A stretch of DNA of 64,000 nucleotides from Malacoraja senta (taxonomy: Eukaryota). Below the pieces are notes generated by a model, which was given only the letters and a program-made list of their open reading frames with translations, was not told the DNA's origin and did no database searches. The stretch covers positions 2,480,001 to 2,544,000 of the forward strand of contig CM075991.1 in the NCBI GenBank assembly GCA_038087875.1. Reading direction: 5' to 3'. The position numbers were made by a program, and so were the translations under genes. This document shows, one piece after another, positions 12,169 through 26,000 of this stretch; position 1 is the first letter of the stretch, and each line of letters opens with the position of its first letter.

Positions 12169-14354
12169 ACCATAAACATTGAACACCAAAGTTCCTGTGC
12201 TGTACTTTGAACAGGACCTTCAGCCCATGATGTCCATGCCAAATGTAACGTCCAATGAAATGAATCTCATCTCCCTGCCCTCTATTCCTTGTATATCCAT
12301 GTCTATGCTTCCACCACTACTTTGGCAGCATGTTCCAGGCAGTTTGAAATAAACATTTGCCCCACATATCTTTAAATCTTCCCCCTCTCGTCTTGAATCT
12401 ATGGCCTCGAGTATTTGACAACCTGTGTCCCTTCCCACTCCCACCTGTCCTCCCAGGTCCTCTCTTCCTTTGTCCACCTCACCTCTCTCCCCATGTCTCC
12501 ATCCACTCATCTGATTGCACCCATCACCTACCTCCCTGCTCCATTCCTCCCACTCTTCTGTATACCGGCCACCTTTCTTCATCCTCCCTCGGGCCTGATT
12601 CAACGTCTCAAGCAGAAATGTTGCCTTATCCTTTTTTCCAGCAGTTTACTTTTGCTCTGGTTTCATATTCTACTCTTCCTTTTCACATCCATGTCTTGAC
12701 TGTTTGATGAATTCTGAAGTTTTCCCCATCCTCAGCCTTACTGCTATTTTGCACCATAACAGAAGGCAATCTTTTATTCTTCAGAGTGATCAGAAAGCAG
12801 TTGTCAATGCATGTAATGCATGCATGACCAAGATACACCAGTTTAAATGTAGCCAAGTGTCCATGTTCACCATGGATTCCCCATTCACAATAGTTATCCC
12901 ACTTTCTCATCCACTCCCTACACACTAGGGGCAGCTTTTCTTCTTTTTTTATTAAAAGAGGCCAATTAACCTATAAACCAGCACGTCTTTGGGATGCCTC
13001 GCAGTCACAGGGAGAATGTTCAAACTTTGCAGAGACAGTATCCGAGGGGATCAAACCAGGGTGTCTGACTCTGAGAGGCAGCAGCTCCAGCAGCTGAGTC
13101 ATTGTGCCGCCCACTTCCCCAGTTCTGCTCAATTCCCCACTGGTGGACATTCAGGAGGGACCATAAAGGCGCACAAAACATCAGGAGTTGAGCAGAAGTC
13201 ATGTTTCAAACCTCAAATTGTCAAATGAGTCCCAGTAAATAGAATATTTTTTAAGGCAAAACGTTTTAGTAAATTAAAGAACCCTGAAATAACATCTTTG
13301 ATAGTGGACACTAAAATCTTACCAAGCATTGAAGTCCAGCTGACTATCGGACGGGCAAAATCTAGTTTATTCCAACATTTCAGTATTAACCGTTCGAATG
13401 ATCAGCGTGGGAGGGGGGGGGGGCGCTGAGAAGGAAGCGGGAGCATTGGAACTACATTGGACACTTTGTAACTATATCTGCGCCCTTTACATGGCTACTC
13501 TTTGCGTACGGTATGCAAAAGAAAGAATTTCACTGTGACAAGTCACATGTGATAATAAATATCAATCATCCATTCAAAACAGACTGGATTTGTGATCCAT
13601 AGAGATATATTGCAATGACTCACGTTCTAGGTGTGTCAGGGAAAATGTGACCACTGGGTGGCGCCGTACGATGGCCGCCTCGCCAACAGTCTGTCTGGTC
13701 CTTTTCTTTTGTTGTTTTTAGTCTGTTGTTAAATGTGTTTTAGTGCATCTATAGTTTTGCATTATGTGGGGGGTGGAGGCGGGAAACATTTAAAAAATCT
13801 CTTTCCTTGACGGAGATGCGACTTTTTCCGTAACGTATCTCCGTCCGCACTGCAGCCTAACATCGTGGAGCTGGCGGTCCCTTGGTCAGGGATCGACTGC
13901 GGGAGCTCCAACCGCAGGTGCTTCGACCTCCCCGATCGCAGGAGCTTCGATCGCTTTCGACTGCCCCGATCGCGGGAGAAAGGGAGGGAAGAAGATAATA
14001 CATTATTGCCTCCCGTCACAGTGCGCTGTGGTCGATGTTTATGTTAATTTTTATGTAGAAGTGTGCCTTGTTGATTTTTTTGTATGACTTTGTATGTTTT
14101 TACATACTTGACTAATAAATTAATTACAATTCGAATGTCTCATCAGCTTCCCATACTTGCACTCAAAGAACATTTGACACTGAATGTAGAACATGCCCTT
14201 CGACCCACAATATCGACACCGAGCATGAGTAAAACTAATCTCCTCCGTCTGCACGTGATCCATATCGTTCCATTTCCCGAATCTTCCCGTGCCTGACTAA
14301 AAGCCTCTTCAACGCCACCTTTACATCTGCCTCCACTACGTCCACGGCAGAGTA

Positions 14355-14790
14355 AGGTGAAGATTTACGAGGGTGTCTCAAAGACTCAGGCCCTGAGCTC
14401 CCGGAGAGATTGGGCAGGCTAGGACATTATTCCTTGGTGTACAGGAGGATGAGGGATGGTTTTATAGAGGTGTATAAAATCACGAGGAGATCGGATGGGG
14501 TAGATACACTGAGTCTTTTACCCAGAGTTGGGTGATCAAAACCAGAGTTCACAGGTTTAAGTTGAGAGGGGGAACCCGAGAGGCAACTTTTTCCACACAG
14601 AAGATGGTGGCTATGTGGAACAAGCTGCCAGAGGAGGTAGTTGAGGGTGGTACAATACCATTTAAAAGACATTTGGACAGGTGCATGGATAGGAACGGTC
14701 TAGAGGGATATGGGCCAAATACGAGAAGGAGGGACTAGTGTAGATGGGGCATCCTGGCGTGTACAAGTTGGGCTGAGGCTGTTTCTATGA
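14355..14790 (+). mobile_element. CR1 3' fragment
   Basis: FSTQKMVAMWNKLPEEVVEG. Confidence 0.8.
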
Positions 14791-14959
14791 CCACCTCGTT
14801 CCAGGCACCTGCACTGGCATTGAACATTTCCTGTGCAGACCAGATTTGACTTGGATGAGAAATCAAAAATAATACATCAGTAAAATGAATTCCAATGCAA
14901 CCATCACCTTTAAAAGAATGAGATGAGAAAATCAGTAAAACTGCTCAGTGATTGTATCA

Positions 14960-15891
14960 GTTTGGGGAACGGCTGCTAACCAGCAACCGTCCGTTAAATT
15001 CACTTTTTTATTTAGTTTTTTTTCTTGTCTATGTCTTGGGGAAATTTGACTTGTGGGGGGGTAAGGGGGAAACTATCTCTAGGTCCCTACCTGGTCGGTG
15101 AGGCAGCTTTTTCTCCGGGCTGCCCCGTCCTTGCGGCCTACCAGTGGACGTGGAGCGGCGTTTTCCTGGCGGGGACTGCCCAGCACCTTCAGCTCCGGTG
15201 GCGGCACAGCGCTGGAGCGCTATCGCGCAGCGGGCGATGCCTTGCCTGGGTCGCCGCGCTGGAGCTCCGGTGAGCTGTGACCGCCGAGCTCAACACCTCC
15301 GGGCTGCGGGTCTGTGGAGCGGCCAGCCACGGGTGGCGGCGCCGACCCTAACATCGGGAGCCTCGGAGCTCCAAATCGGCGCGGCCCTGTTGGCTTCAGG
15401 TGCCACGGACTCCAATAGGAGATCGGCTGTTCCAGCCGCTGCGTGGACTCTCCCGACACCAGGGCAACTCTACCCGGCGAGAACGGCCAGGAACATCGGG
15501 CCTCCGTACAGGCAACTGTGGAGGCTTCAATAGGCCTGACTTTGGGTGAACTGGGGTTGGGGACTGGACATTGTCCCTTCGCCCACAGTGGTAATCATTG
15601 TGGGGGGATGATTTTTTTTGTGTGTGTAAATGATATTTTATTTTGTGTCGAAGATGGCTGCCGGAGGGGAGAGTGGACGCTGGCGCGCTTTAGCAGCCGC
15701 TGCTCTCTCTTCCATATTGTGTTTTTGATTTTTGTTTTTGGATTGAATTCTCTCTTTAATTTGTGTACTCGTGATGTCTTTACTATTTATTTCATTCCGC
15801 TTACATGTTTCTACTATTTGTTAAACTTTGTAAGGTGTCCTTGAGACTTTTGAAAGGCGCCCATAAATAAAATGTATTATTATTATTATTA
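14960..15891 (+). repeat. GC/CpG-rich interspersed repeat(s) ending in a LINE-like (TAT)n tail
   Basis: Shares the ggactgga...cccacagtgg..a.cattgtggggggatg..ttt block with 55865-56285; similar composition at 13655-14120 and 41730-41990. Confidence 0.6.
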
Positions 15892-15971
15892 TCAGACCTT
15901 TCAAAAGCAGAAGATGGTTGATGACTTCTCACTTTGATCATTTCCATGAAGACCGTGCATCGAGGGCTGGT

Positions 15972-16001
15972 TTTATTCATTATAATTCTCCGTGCTTTAT
16001 T
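15972..16001 (-). terminator. Candidate GPAT2 polyadenylation signals (two AATAAA)
   Basis: tttatt at 15972-15977 and 15996-16001 in non-repeat sequence about 0.95 kb downstream of the stop codon. Confidence 0.4.
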
Positions 16002-16254
16002 CAAACATTGAACGAGTACAAGGCAGCAAATTCAACCTCAGAAAATCTAAATTAATCAACAAACTCAAAATCAAGCTCATTTTTTCCAATTGCAGAAAAC
16101 AAATACTGAGGCTCGCACGGCAGTTTCACACCGTGGTCTCCGTCTATGATTCTCTCATGGTCAGCCGCCCTCCATACTGGCAGGGAAACTGAACGCGTCC
16201 TTACAACCTAACCCTACTGAGACAGCGATGCATGGTCCCGACCCAGAACGGAGG

Positions 16255-16512
16255 AATGAGAGGAAAAACCTTTTCACCCAGAGAGTTGTGAACCTGTGGA
16301 ATTCTCTGCCACAGAAGGCAGTGGAGGCCAATTCACTGGATGTTTTCAAGAGAGAGTTAAATATAGCTCTCAGGGCTAACGGAATCAAGGGATATGGGGA
16401 GAAAGCAGGAACAGGGTACTGATTTTAGATGATCAGCCATGATCATGGTGAATGGCGGTGTTGGCTCGAAGGGCCGAATGGCCTGCTCCTGCACCTATTT
16501 TTCTATGTTTCT
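16255..16512 (+). mobile_element. CR1 3' fragment (antisense within the probable GPAT2 3'UTR)
   Basis: RKNLFTQRVVNLWNSLP plus tail. Confidence 0.85.
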
Positions 16513-16740
16513 AACAACTGTCCATTTCCCTCCCCAGATGCTGCCTGACCCAGAGTTCGTCCAGCTTTTTGATTTTTGCTTCACCCACAATAACCATGTC
16601 CGTTATTGAAACACATTGTGATGGGTTTGGCTTCCGTGGAAGTCCCAGTGCACTCTAGATACATACTGAAGTCTCCCCTTTAAGAAATGATCCAGGGACA
16701 AACTTGTCATCTGACAGAATCCAACTGTTTGCATGGATGT

Positions 16741-16904
16741 AGACACAACAAGCTGGAGTAACTCCACGAGTCAGGCAGCATCTCCGGAGACGTGTTGGGC
16801 CGAGACGCGAAACATCACCTGTTCCTTTTCTCCTGACCCGCTGAGTTACTCCAGCTTATTGTGTCTATCTTTGGTTTTAACCAGCCTCTGCAGTTCCTTC
16901 CCAC
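16741..16904. mobile_element. Penelope-derived fold-back element in the GPAT2 3'UTR
   Basis: Inverted arms (agacac..aagctggagtaactc / gagttactccagctt..tgtgtct); TSD actgtttgca(t)ggatgt at 16724-16740 and 16905-16920. Confidence 0.8.
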
Positions 16905-16925
16905 ACTGTTTGCAGGATGTGCTCT

Positions 16926-17036
16926 TTAACAGAATTGTTGAATATATTGTTGCAGCTTCAGTCCACTGTCAAGTTGCTGAAAAGTTTCACTGAGTTCCAG
17001 CAATGGATCTGTCACTCCCGCCTCCACTTTGAAAAC
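16926..17036 (-). CDS. GPAT2: GPAT2 last coding exon: VFKVEAGVTDPLLELSETFQQLDSGLKLQQYIQQFC*
   Basis: Acceptor ctcctgtag; TAA at 16928-16926; resembles the GPAT C-terminus VFKE...LELSSTF...KLLEYI. Confidence 0.93.
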   Translation of the reverse strand, partial: VFKVEAGVTDPLLELSETFQQLDSGLKLQQYIQQFC

Positions 17037-20000
17037 CTACAGGAGAAAGTAAACTATAAAAGTAGATGGAAACACTCAATAAGCCTGGCAGTGTCTGTGG
17101 ATAAAGAATCACAGTTGATTGCAGATGACACAAAGCTGGGCGGCAGTGTGAACTGTGAGGAGGATGCTGTGAGAATGCAGGGTGACTTGGACAGGTTGGG
17201 TGAGTGGGCAGATACGGGCAGTTTAATGTGGATAAACGTGAGGTTATCCACTTTGGTGGCAAAAATAGGAAGGAAGATTATTATCTGAATGGTGTCAAGT
17301 TGGGAAAAAGGGAAGTACAACGGGATCTGGGGGGTCCTTGTTCGTCAGTCAATGAAAATAAGCATGCAGGTACAGCAGGCTGCGAAGAAAGCGAATGGCA
17401 TGTCAGCCTTCATAACAAGATGAGTTGAGTATAGGAGCAAAGAGGTCCTTCTGCAGTTGTACAGGGCCCTCACCTGGAGTATTGTGTGCAGTTTTGGTCT
17501 CCAAATTTGAGGAAGGACATTCTTGCTATTGAGGGAGTGCAGCGTAGGTTCACAAGGTTAATTCCCGGGATGGCGGGACTTTCATATGCTGAGAGAATGG
17601 AGCGGCTGGGCTTGTATACTCTGGAATTTAGAAGGATGAGAGTGAATCTTATTGAAACATATAAGATTATTAAGGGTTTGGACATGCTAGAGGCAGGAAA
17701 CATGTTCCCAATGTTGGGGGAGTCCAGAACCAGGGCCACAGTTTAAGAATAACGGGTAAGCCGTTTAGAACGGAGATGAGGAAACACTTTTTTCACACAG
17801 AGAGTTGTGAGTCTGTGGAATTCTCTGCCTCAGAGGGCAGTGGAGGCCGGTACTTTCAAGAGAGAGCTAGATAGGGCTCTTGAAGATAGTGGAGTCGGGG
17901 GATATAGGGAGAAGGCAGGAACAGGGTACTGATTGTGGATGATTAGCCATGATCATTTGCTGGCTTGAAGGGCCGAATGGCCTACTCCTGCACCTATTGT
18001 CTATTGACGTTTCTGACCCAAGAACCTTCATCGTTTCAATGTTTTCCGAATCATTCACTGATTCTCTTTCCACAGATGCTGCCTGACCAGCATTTCCCGT
18101 TTTTATTTCAGATTTTCAGCATCTGCAGTTCTTTCATTTTCAGACGTTATGCATCCATCAGATGTACAAAATGCAGCACTGGTACAGAACATATCAAGGC
18201 GTTACCTAATGTGAAAAATGTAACAGAAATTCAACTGAAACCAAAACTAAAGCAGAGTTCAACTTCAACTGTACAGTCCAATAGGCAAATTTGAAACTAT
18301 TTCTGTTCAACCACACAACATTCAAGGAAATTTAAACGACAAAACCTCTCATTTTTCCATGTCGGAGCTCAGCTTGATTTCACTCTTGTGGGCAACAGGC
18401 AGTTATTGTTTCGTCACCAAATGCTGGAGTAAGACTTTTGAACTCAGCGGCTCAGGCAGCATCTCTGGAGAACATGGATAGATAATATTTTTGGTGAGTT
18501 ATTCCAGCACTCTGTGTCTTTTTTTGGTAAAAGCTGCCGATGACCTGTTTGTTCTGCAGGGGTCGGTGTTGGGTCCACTACTTTTCATGTTATATGTTAT
18601 TGATCTGGATGATGGAATTGATGGCTTTGTGGCCATGTTAGCAGATGATGGGTGGAGGGGCAGGTAATGTTAAGGAAGCAGGGAGTCTATAGAAGGGCCT
18701 CGACACATTAGGAGAGTGGACAAAAAAGTGGCAGTTGGAATACAATGTAGAAAAGTGCGCAGTCATGCACTTTGGTGGAAAGAATAAAGGAATAGGCTAT
18801 TTTCTAAATGCAGCAAAGATTCAGAAATCGGAGGTGCAAAGGAACTTGGGAGTGCTGGTGCCAGATTCACAAAAGTTAATTTGCAGGTAGAATCGGTAGT
18901 AAGGAAGGCAAGTACAATGTTAGCATTCATTTTGAGAGGACTAGAATATAAAAGGATGTAATATTGAGGCTTTACAATGCGCTGGTCAAACCACATTTGG
19001 AGTATTGTGAGCAGGTTAGGGCCCCAGACCTGAGAAAGGATGTGCTGGCATTCGACAGGGTCCAGAGGTTTACTAGAATCATCGCAGGGATTATAGGGTT
19101 CGCATGCGATGAGCGTTTGACGACACTGGGCCTGTACTCCCTGAAGTTTAGAAGGATGAGGGGATCTCATTGAAACTTACCGAATAGTGAAAGAACTAGG
19201 TAGAGTGGATGTGGAGAGGATGTTTCCAGTAGTGGGAGAGGCCAGGACCAGAATAAAAGTGGAGATGAGGAGGAATCTCTTTATCCAGAAGGTGATGAAT
19301 CTGTGGAATTCATTGACAGAGATGGCTGTGGAGGCCAAGTCGTTGGGTATTTTTAAAGTCGAGATCAATAGGTTGTCGATTAGTAAGGGCATCAAAGGTT
19401 ACATGGAGGAGGCAGGAGAATGCGGTAGAGAGGGGAAAATAGTTCAGTCAGGACCAGAGACAAATGACCTAATTCTGCTCCTGTGTCCTATAATCTTATG
19501 ATCTCAACCAGCATCTGCAGTTCCATGATGTTTAGTGACGGGCTGGTGTCTGTGTTGTGTACTGTAAGGACAACTCACACATGTTGAGCAAGTCAGTGTT
19601 GGCAACGTGGCCAAACTCAATGATGCAGTGAAGCTCAAACAACCCTCTGCCCAGTTGTTTAGACATGTTGACGGCTCATCATCTGTGGAGAAAAGGGATA
19701 GGTGACGCTTCTGGTCGGGACCAGTCTGAAGAAGGGTCCCGACCTAAAAGATCACCGAAGATAGACACAAAAAGCTGGAGTAACTCAGCGAATAAAGGGC
19801 CTGTCCCACTTTCACGATCCAATTCAGAACCTTTTTTACTCGTGGACATTTTTCATCATGTTGAAAAAACGCCCCGACCTACTTGATGCCACGAGTACCT
19901 ATGACTAGCATCACGACCTGCTACGACCTACCTACGACCTCGTGACGACCATGCTGCGAGTACGAGTCAAGGGCAAACTCGGCAGAGGTCGTGAATTAGG

Positions 20001-23000
20001 TCGTGAAAGTGGGACAGGCCCTTCAGGGAGCATCTCTGGAGAAAAAGGAATAGATGACGTATCGGTGACGTTTCGGGTCGAGACCCTTCTTCAGACTGAG
20101 TCAGGGGAAAGGGAAACGAGAGATATAGACGGTGATGTAGAGAGATATGGAACAAATGAATGAAAGATATGCAAAAAAGTAAAGATAAAGGAAACAGGCT
20201 GTGGGCTCGGTGATAACTAGTTGTACGGACAATGAAACTCACGGATGGAGAGAGAGGGAAAGCAAGGGTTACTTGAAGTTCGAGAAACCAATATTCAGAT
20301 GGCTGGGTTGTAGGCTGCCCAAGCAAAATATAAGGTGCTGTTCCTCAAAAATATCAGGTGCTCTTCCTCAAATTTGCGCGTGGCCTCACTCTGACAGTTT
20401 CTCCAGAGATGCTGCCTGACCCACTGAGTAACTCCAGCATCTTGTGTTTTATCTTCAGCTAAACAATTGTCAAACTAACATGATATGTGGAGACTGGTCA
20501 ACAGCCCCCTTGTTACCAGAACTTAACACTTACCCCTAACTCCTTGAAGGTTTTTACCGCACTGTTAACGAGGTGCTGTGTCACACTGCCTGCAAAATAT
20601 TAAAAACAGACCTCAAGCCAGATTCATCCGTGTTCAAATTTACAATGTATTTACACAAGTTCAGAGGAACTAATAGATTGTAAAATCAAAGGACAATATC
20701 CAAACTGCAGGTACAACAACATTGCCAAACACTCATTCTGAATCCTCTATTGCAGGAGGAATTTCTTTTGCCAGAGGGTGGTGAATCTGCGGAATTCATT
20801 GCCACAGACGGCTGTGGAGGCCAAGTCACCGGGTATTTTTTGAAGAGGAGATAGGTTTTTGAATAGTCAGGGATCAAAGGTTATGATATGGGGAGGGCAG
20901 GGGAATGGGGTTGAGAGGGAGAAATAAATCAACCATGATCGAATTGGTGGAGCAGACTCGATGGGTCGAATGGCCTAATTCTGCTCCTCTGGCTCATGGT
21001 GTTATCTCAGGGCAGAGTAAAGCCCCTGTCCCACTTACGTGTCCTTGGCACGCTAATTACGCGACCTCGTGGTCGCGCGACGGTCCCGCGAAGGTCGCGC
21101 GCAATTTCATTTGCCCGCACAGCCGCCTGGAGCGTGTGACGTCATTTGAAGCTGGAGTAACTTAGCGGGACCGGCAGCATCTCTGGAGAGAAGGAATGGA
21201 CGAAATGTCACCCATTGCTTCTCTCCAGAGATGCTGCCTGTCCCGCTGAGTTACTCCAACATTTTGTGTCTATCTTCAATTTACTTGGCCCCGCTCTGGG
21301 AGTAGAAGTGGGGGCGGATCCGGACCGCAACGGCCGTGAGCCCCAGGCCGAGTTCGGCGATCGTTTGCCTGCTTCTGCTGCTGTTGGAGGTGAGACGTTG
21401 CGTCGTGCCAGGGTCTTGGGCCTGTCCCACTTTGGCCGTGAGTTATGCGACAGGCCGTTGGCACGCGAAGATTTCGTTCTCTACAAAAATTTCGGAGCCC
21501 CGCGCGATGTAGCGCACTACTCCATACCCCTCCGCGCTTCTCAGTGGGACCGGCCCCGCGCAGCCACAAGATGCCCGTACGCCTCAACGCGACGACGAGG
21601 TCGCGTAATTTGCGCGCCAAGGACACGCAAGTGGGACAGGCCCTTTATGCTGTGGAGCGAGCAACACTTCACATCTGGAACTATAGAGCCCGCAACCATT
21701 AGATTAGAGCAAGCAAGTCTTTAGTTTCTCATTCACAATGGCAGTGAGTTCCTCAATATTCATCCCCTCTTGTCTTTTGAAATGTCATCACAATAGCTAT
21801 TTGAAGCTAAAAGCATTGCGTTGTATCGTCCAACTCACCTGGATGGTCCTCTACTTGTGCCTGTATGAGATTAAACATTCTCAGCACAAGCTGTGACTCT
21901 GAAAGAAAAAGCAGACATGATGTCACCTGTGAACACTGGTACTGGTCTCAGAGTCATTGAGTTATGCAGCAACGACCAGATGACATAGGTTTAAGGTGAG
22001 AGGAGCAAGATTTATATAAGAGCCTAATGGGCTGCTTCTTCGTACAGAAGGTGGTGGTACTGACCATCGATCACCCGTTCACACCAGTTCCATGTCACCC
22101 CAATGTTCTCATCCACTCCCTACACACTAGGGGTAATTTACAGAAGGCCAATTTACCTACATCTTTGGGATTGACAGGAAACTAGAGCACCCGGAGGAAT
22201 CCCACGTGATCACAGGGAGAACATGCAAACACCACACAGACAGCATCCGAGGTCAGTATCGAAAGCAAGTCTCTGGCGTTGTAGGCAGCAGCTCTACCAA
22301 CTGCACCAATCAAAATACTTTTCGTTCTGTCGTCCCATTTGCCTGCGTTTGGCCCATTTCCCTCCAAACCTTTCCTATCCATGTATCCATCCAAGTGTTT
22401 TTTTAAATGCTGTTATAGTACCTGTCACAACTAACTCCTCTGGCAGCTGGTTCCATACCTACATCCCAAAGACATGCAGGTTAAATGGCCCACTGTGAAT
22501 TCCTCCAAGTTTGTAGGGAGTGGATGAGAAAAGTGTGATCGGGTGATCGCTGGTTGGTGGGGACCAAAGGGCCTGTTTCCTTGCTGTTTCGTTGAATCAA
22601 TCAATTTCTCTGGTTTCCCAAAACACGCAAGACTATTGGTGACATTAAACATTTTTAAGATTGAGAAACAGGAGGACTAGAGCATTCCTACCAGCTTTTA
22701 ACCTTGAATTATCAGTTCTGAATGAAGGTTTTAATGAGTTGATAAGGCCGATCATGCCATACGCTGCATGTTTCACCACCCATTCTACCATTTGCAGGGA
22801 ACTATGTACTTGTACAGCCAAGTCTCTCTGTTCTACACCAACCCCACCCTCAGGCTTCTACTGTTCACTGTGCCTGTCCTGCCCTGGTTTAACTCCCCAA
22901 CATTCAGCACGTCATTTGTTTCAGTTAAATTCCACCTGCCATTCCTTCATCCATTTTAGTCGATCTATATGTTTTAATTTTAGTTTTAGAGATACAGCAC

Positions 23001-26000
23001 AGAAACAGGCCCTTCGGCCCACCGGATCGGCACCGACCTGCGATCCCCACACATTAACACCATCCTACACCCACAAGGGGAAATTGTTTTTTACATTTAC
23101 AAATCTGTACGTATTTGGAATGTGGGAGGAAACCGAAGATCTCGGAGGTCACGGGGAGAACGTACAAACTCCGTACAGACAGCACCCGTAATCGGGATCG
23201 AACCCGGGTCTCTGGCGCTGCATTTGCTGTAAGGCAGCAACTCTACTGCTGCGCCACAGTGACCGCCCATTCCACTGTGAGGGCGGGCCACCACCACGGA
23301 TTTAGTTTAGACCACCACCACTGATTTTATGCAGGAACAGTACCAACATTTCACAGCCGGGCAGGCAAGGACATGGAATTAATGCGGGCAAGTTGGATTC
23401 GTGTAAACAGGCGTGTTGCTTGACATAGACTCGATGGGCCAAAGGGCCTACTTCTATACTCTACAACCCCGACTAGTCAGAGATGTAGTTAACCGCTAAA
23501 TAAACAAAACCTTTTATTCACCTTATCAACTCATTTCATTAATTATTTCACTGTTCATCAGTCCCACCCCTCATTTCTCGATATTACACATTTGAAGAGT
23601 TTACTAAAGTCACTTCACTAATGTTTAAAGCAGCTTTGTTGCAGTGGATTGTTGGTGAACTTTCTCCACTCTGATGCATTAGTGCAACAACATAATATCT
23701 TCCATCTCCTGGGGTGACACAGAAATGCAATCAGAATCCCAATCGAGACTTTAGAGATACAGCACGGAAACAGGCCATTCGGCCCACCGAGTCTACGCCA
23801 GCCAGTGATCACACTCCATACACTAACCTATACACACTAGGGACAATTTTACAACTTATTGAAGCCAATTAGCCTACAAACCCACACGTCTTTGAAGTGT
23901 GGGAGGGAACCGGAGCACCCGGAGAAAACCCAGGCAGGTAACGGAGAACGAACAAACTCCATACAGACAGCACCTGTAGTCAGGATCGAACCTGGGTCTC
24001 TGGTGCTGTAAGGATGTAGCTCTACTGTTGCGCCACTGTGCCGCCCTATGTACACCTCTAACAGGAGGCATTCATTATTTAATTTGCAATACACAACATG
24101 GTACATGACAAAGGACAAGTAAGCAACACCACAAATAAAGTCTAAAGCTGCGACCACCGTAAGTTGTAGATCCGCTGATCCCCGCACACTAGCGTCGCAC
24201 TTACGTACCTTCGATGGGAAAGCTGGCTTTGTGGAGCAGACCGGCTGCCATCTCATAGGCCTTCAGCAGAGACTGCAGCAAGCTGCAGAGGAAGAGGAAG
24301 AAGGCATGGCTCTCACTGCTTCGTCCGAGCTGCAAGGGAGATCACATCATAGAGTCGTACAGCACGGAAACAGGCCCTTCGGCCCTGCCGACCAAGATGC
24401 CCCATCCAAGGCAGTCCCATCTGCCTGCGTTTGACCCAAATCCCTCCAAACCTTTCTTATCCATGTACCTGTCCAAGTGTTTTTAATGTGTAGGAAGGAA
24501 CTGCAGATGCTGGTTTAAAGCGAAGATAAGACACAAAAAGCTGGAGTAACTCAGCGGGACAGGCAGCATCTCTGGAGGAGGAATGGGTGACGTTTCGGGT
24601 CTCGAGTTACTCCAGCATTTTGTGTCGATCAAGTGTTTTTTATAGTACCTACCTCATCTGACAGCTCGCTCCATTGAGATGAGAACATCGCTGAATTGTG
24701 GTGAACATAAGTGCAACTAAAGAACCATCTTGTTATTGCTTAAAAAAACTCAATGTGCACGAGATCAAGAAATAAAAATATATCAATGAAAATTCAAATG
24801 TTTTTTTCAAACTCTGTGGGTCTATTAATCAGATGTATACCAGTAATTCTATTGATCAAACTTTTAGGAACATCCTGTAATTCTGACGGACGAAAGCGTC
24901 CCACAACACTGCACAGAAACGGGCCCTTCGGCCCAATTCATACATGCTGAGCAGGTCTTGAATGAACGAATGAATGAAGAAGTTGGCCAAGTATTCACAT
25001 ACAAGGAATTTGCCTTGGTGCTCCGCCCGCAAGTGACAACATGGCATATAGACAGTTAGGAATGACACATAAAACATAAAACATTGATAATAAAACATTA
25101 TTGATTGTCTTATTACTGGGATAGTCCCATTTACCAGAGTTGGACCATATCCCTCTGAGCCTTTTCTATCCAGATGTCTATCTGAATGTCTTTTAAACTG
25201 CACCATTGTACCTGCGCCTACAGCTTCCTCTGGCAGCTTGTTCCATAAACCCACCACCCTCTGTGTGAAGACATTGCCCATTAATTTTCACTTACATCCT
25301 TCCCTTTTCACCATATACCCTACCTGTACCTGAAAATTCTGGATGACCCTACTGATCAGGAACCACAGCCGTTTGCTATATTGCTGCCTCCCTGAGTCCA
25401 AAACACCGCAGAAGTATGAACACATTATTAAGACCAGAGATGCTGCCTGTCACGCAGCAGAATTAGGCCGTCTTAGAAACATAGAAAATAGGTGCAGGAG
25501 TAGGCCATTCGGCCCTTTGAGCCTGCACCGCCATTCAATATGATCATGGCTGATCATCCAACTCAGTATCCTGTACCTGCCTTGTCTCCATACCCCCTGA
25601 TCCCTTTAGCCACAAGGGCCACATCTAACTCCCTCTTAAATATAGCCAATGAACTGGCCTCAACTACTTTCTGTGGCAGAGAATTCCACAGATTCACCAC
25701 TCTCTGTGTGAAAAAAAAAATTCTCATCTCGGTCCTAAAACTTTCCCCTTATCCTTAAACTGTGACCCCTTGTTCTGGACTTCCCCAACATCGGGAACAA
25801 TCTTCCTGCATCTAGCCTGTCCAACCCCTTAAGATGCATTGATTCTGTCTTGATGCATTGATTCTGCATCGCCATTGACTGATCTATTGTTCCCTCTCAA
25901 CCCCACTCTCCTGCCTTCTCCCCGGAACCATCGACACCCTTACTAATCAAGAACCTCTTTAAAAATACCTGTTGACTTGGCCTTCACAGCCGGATGTGGC

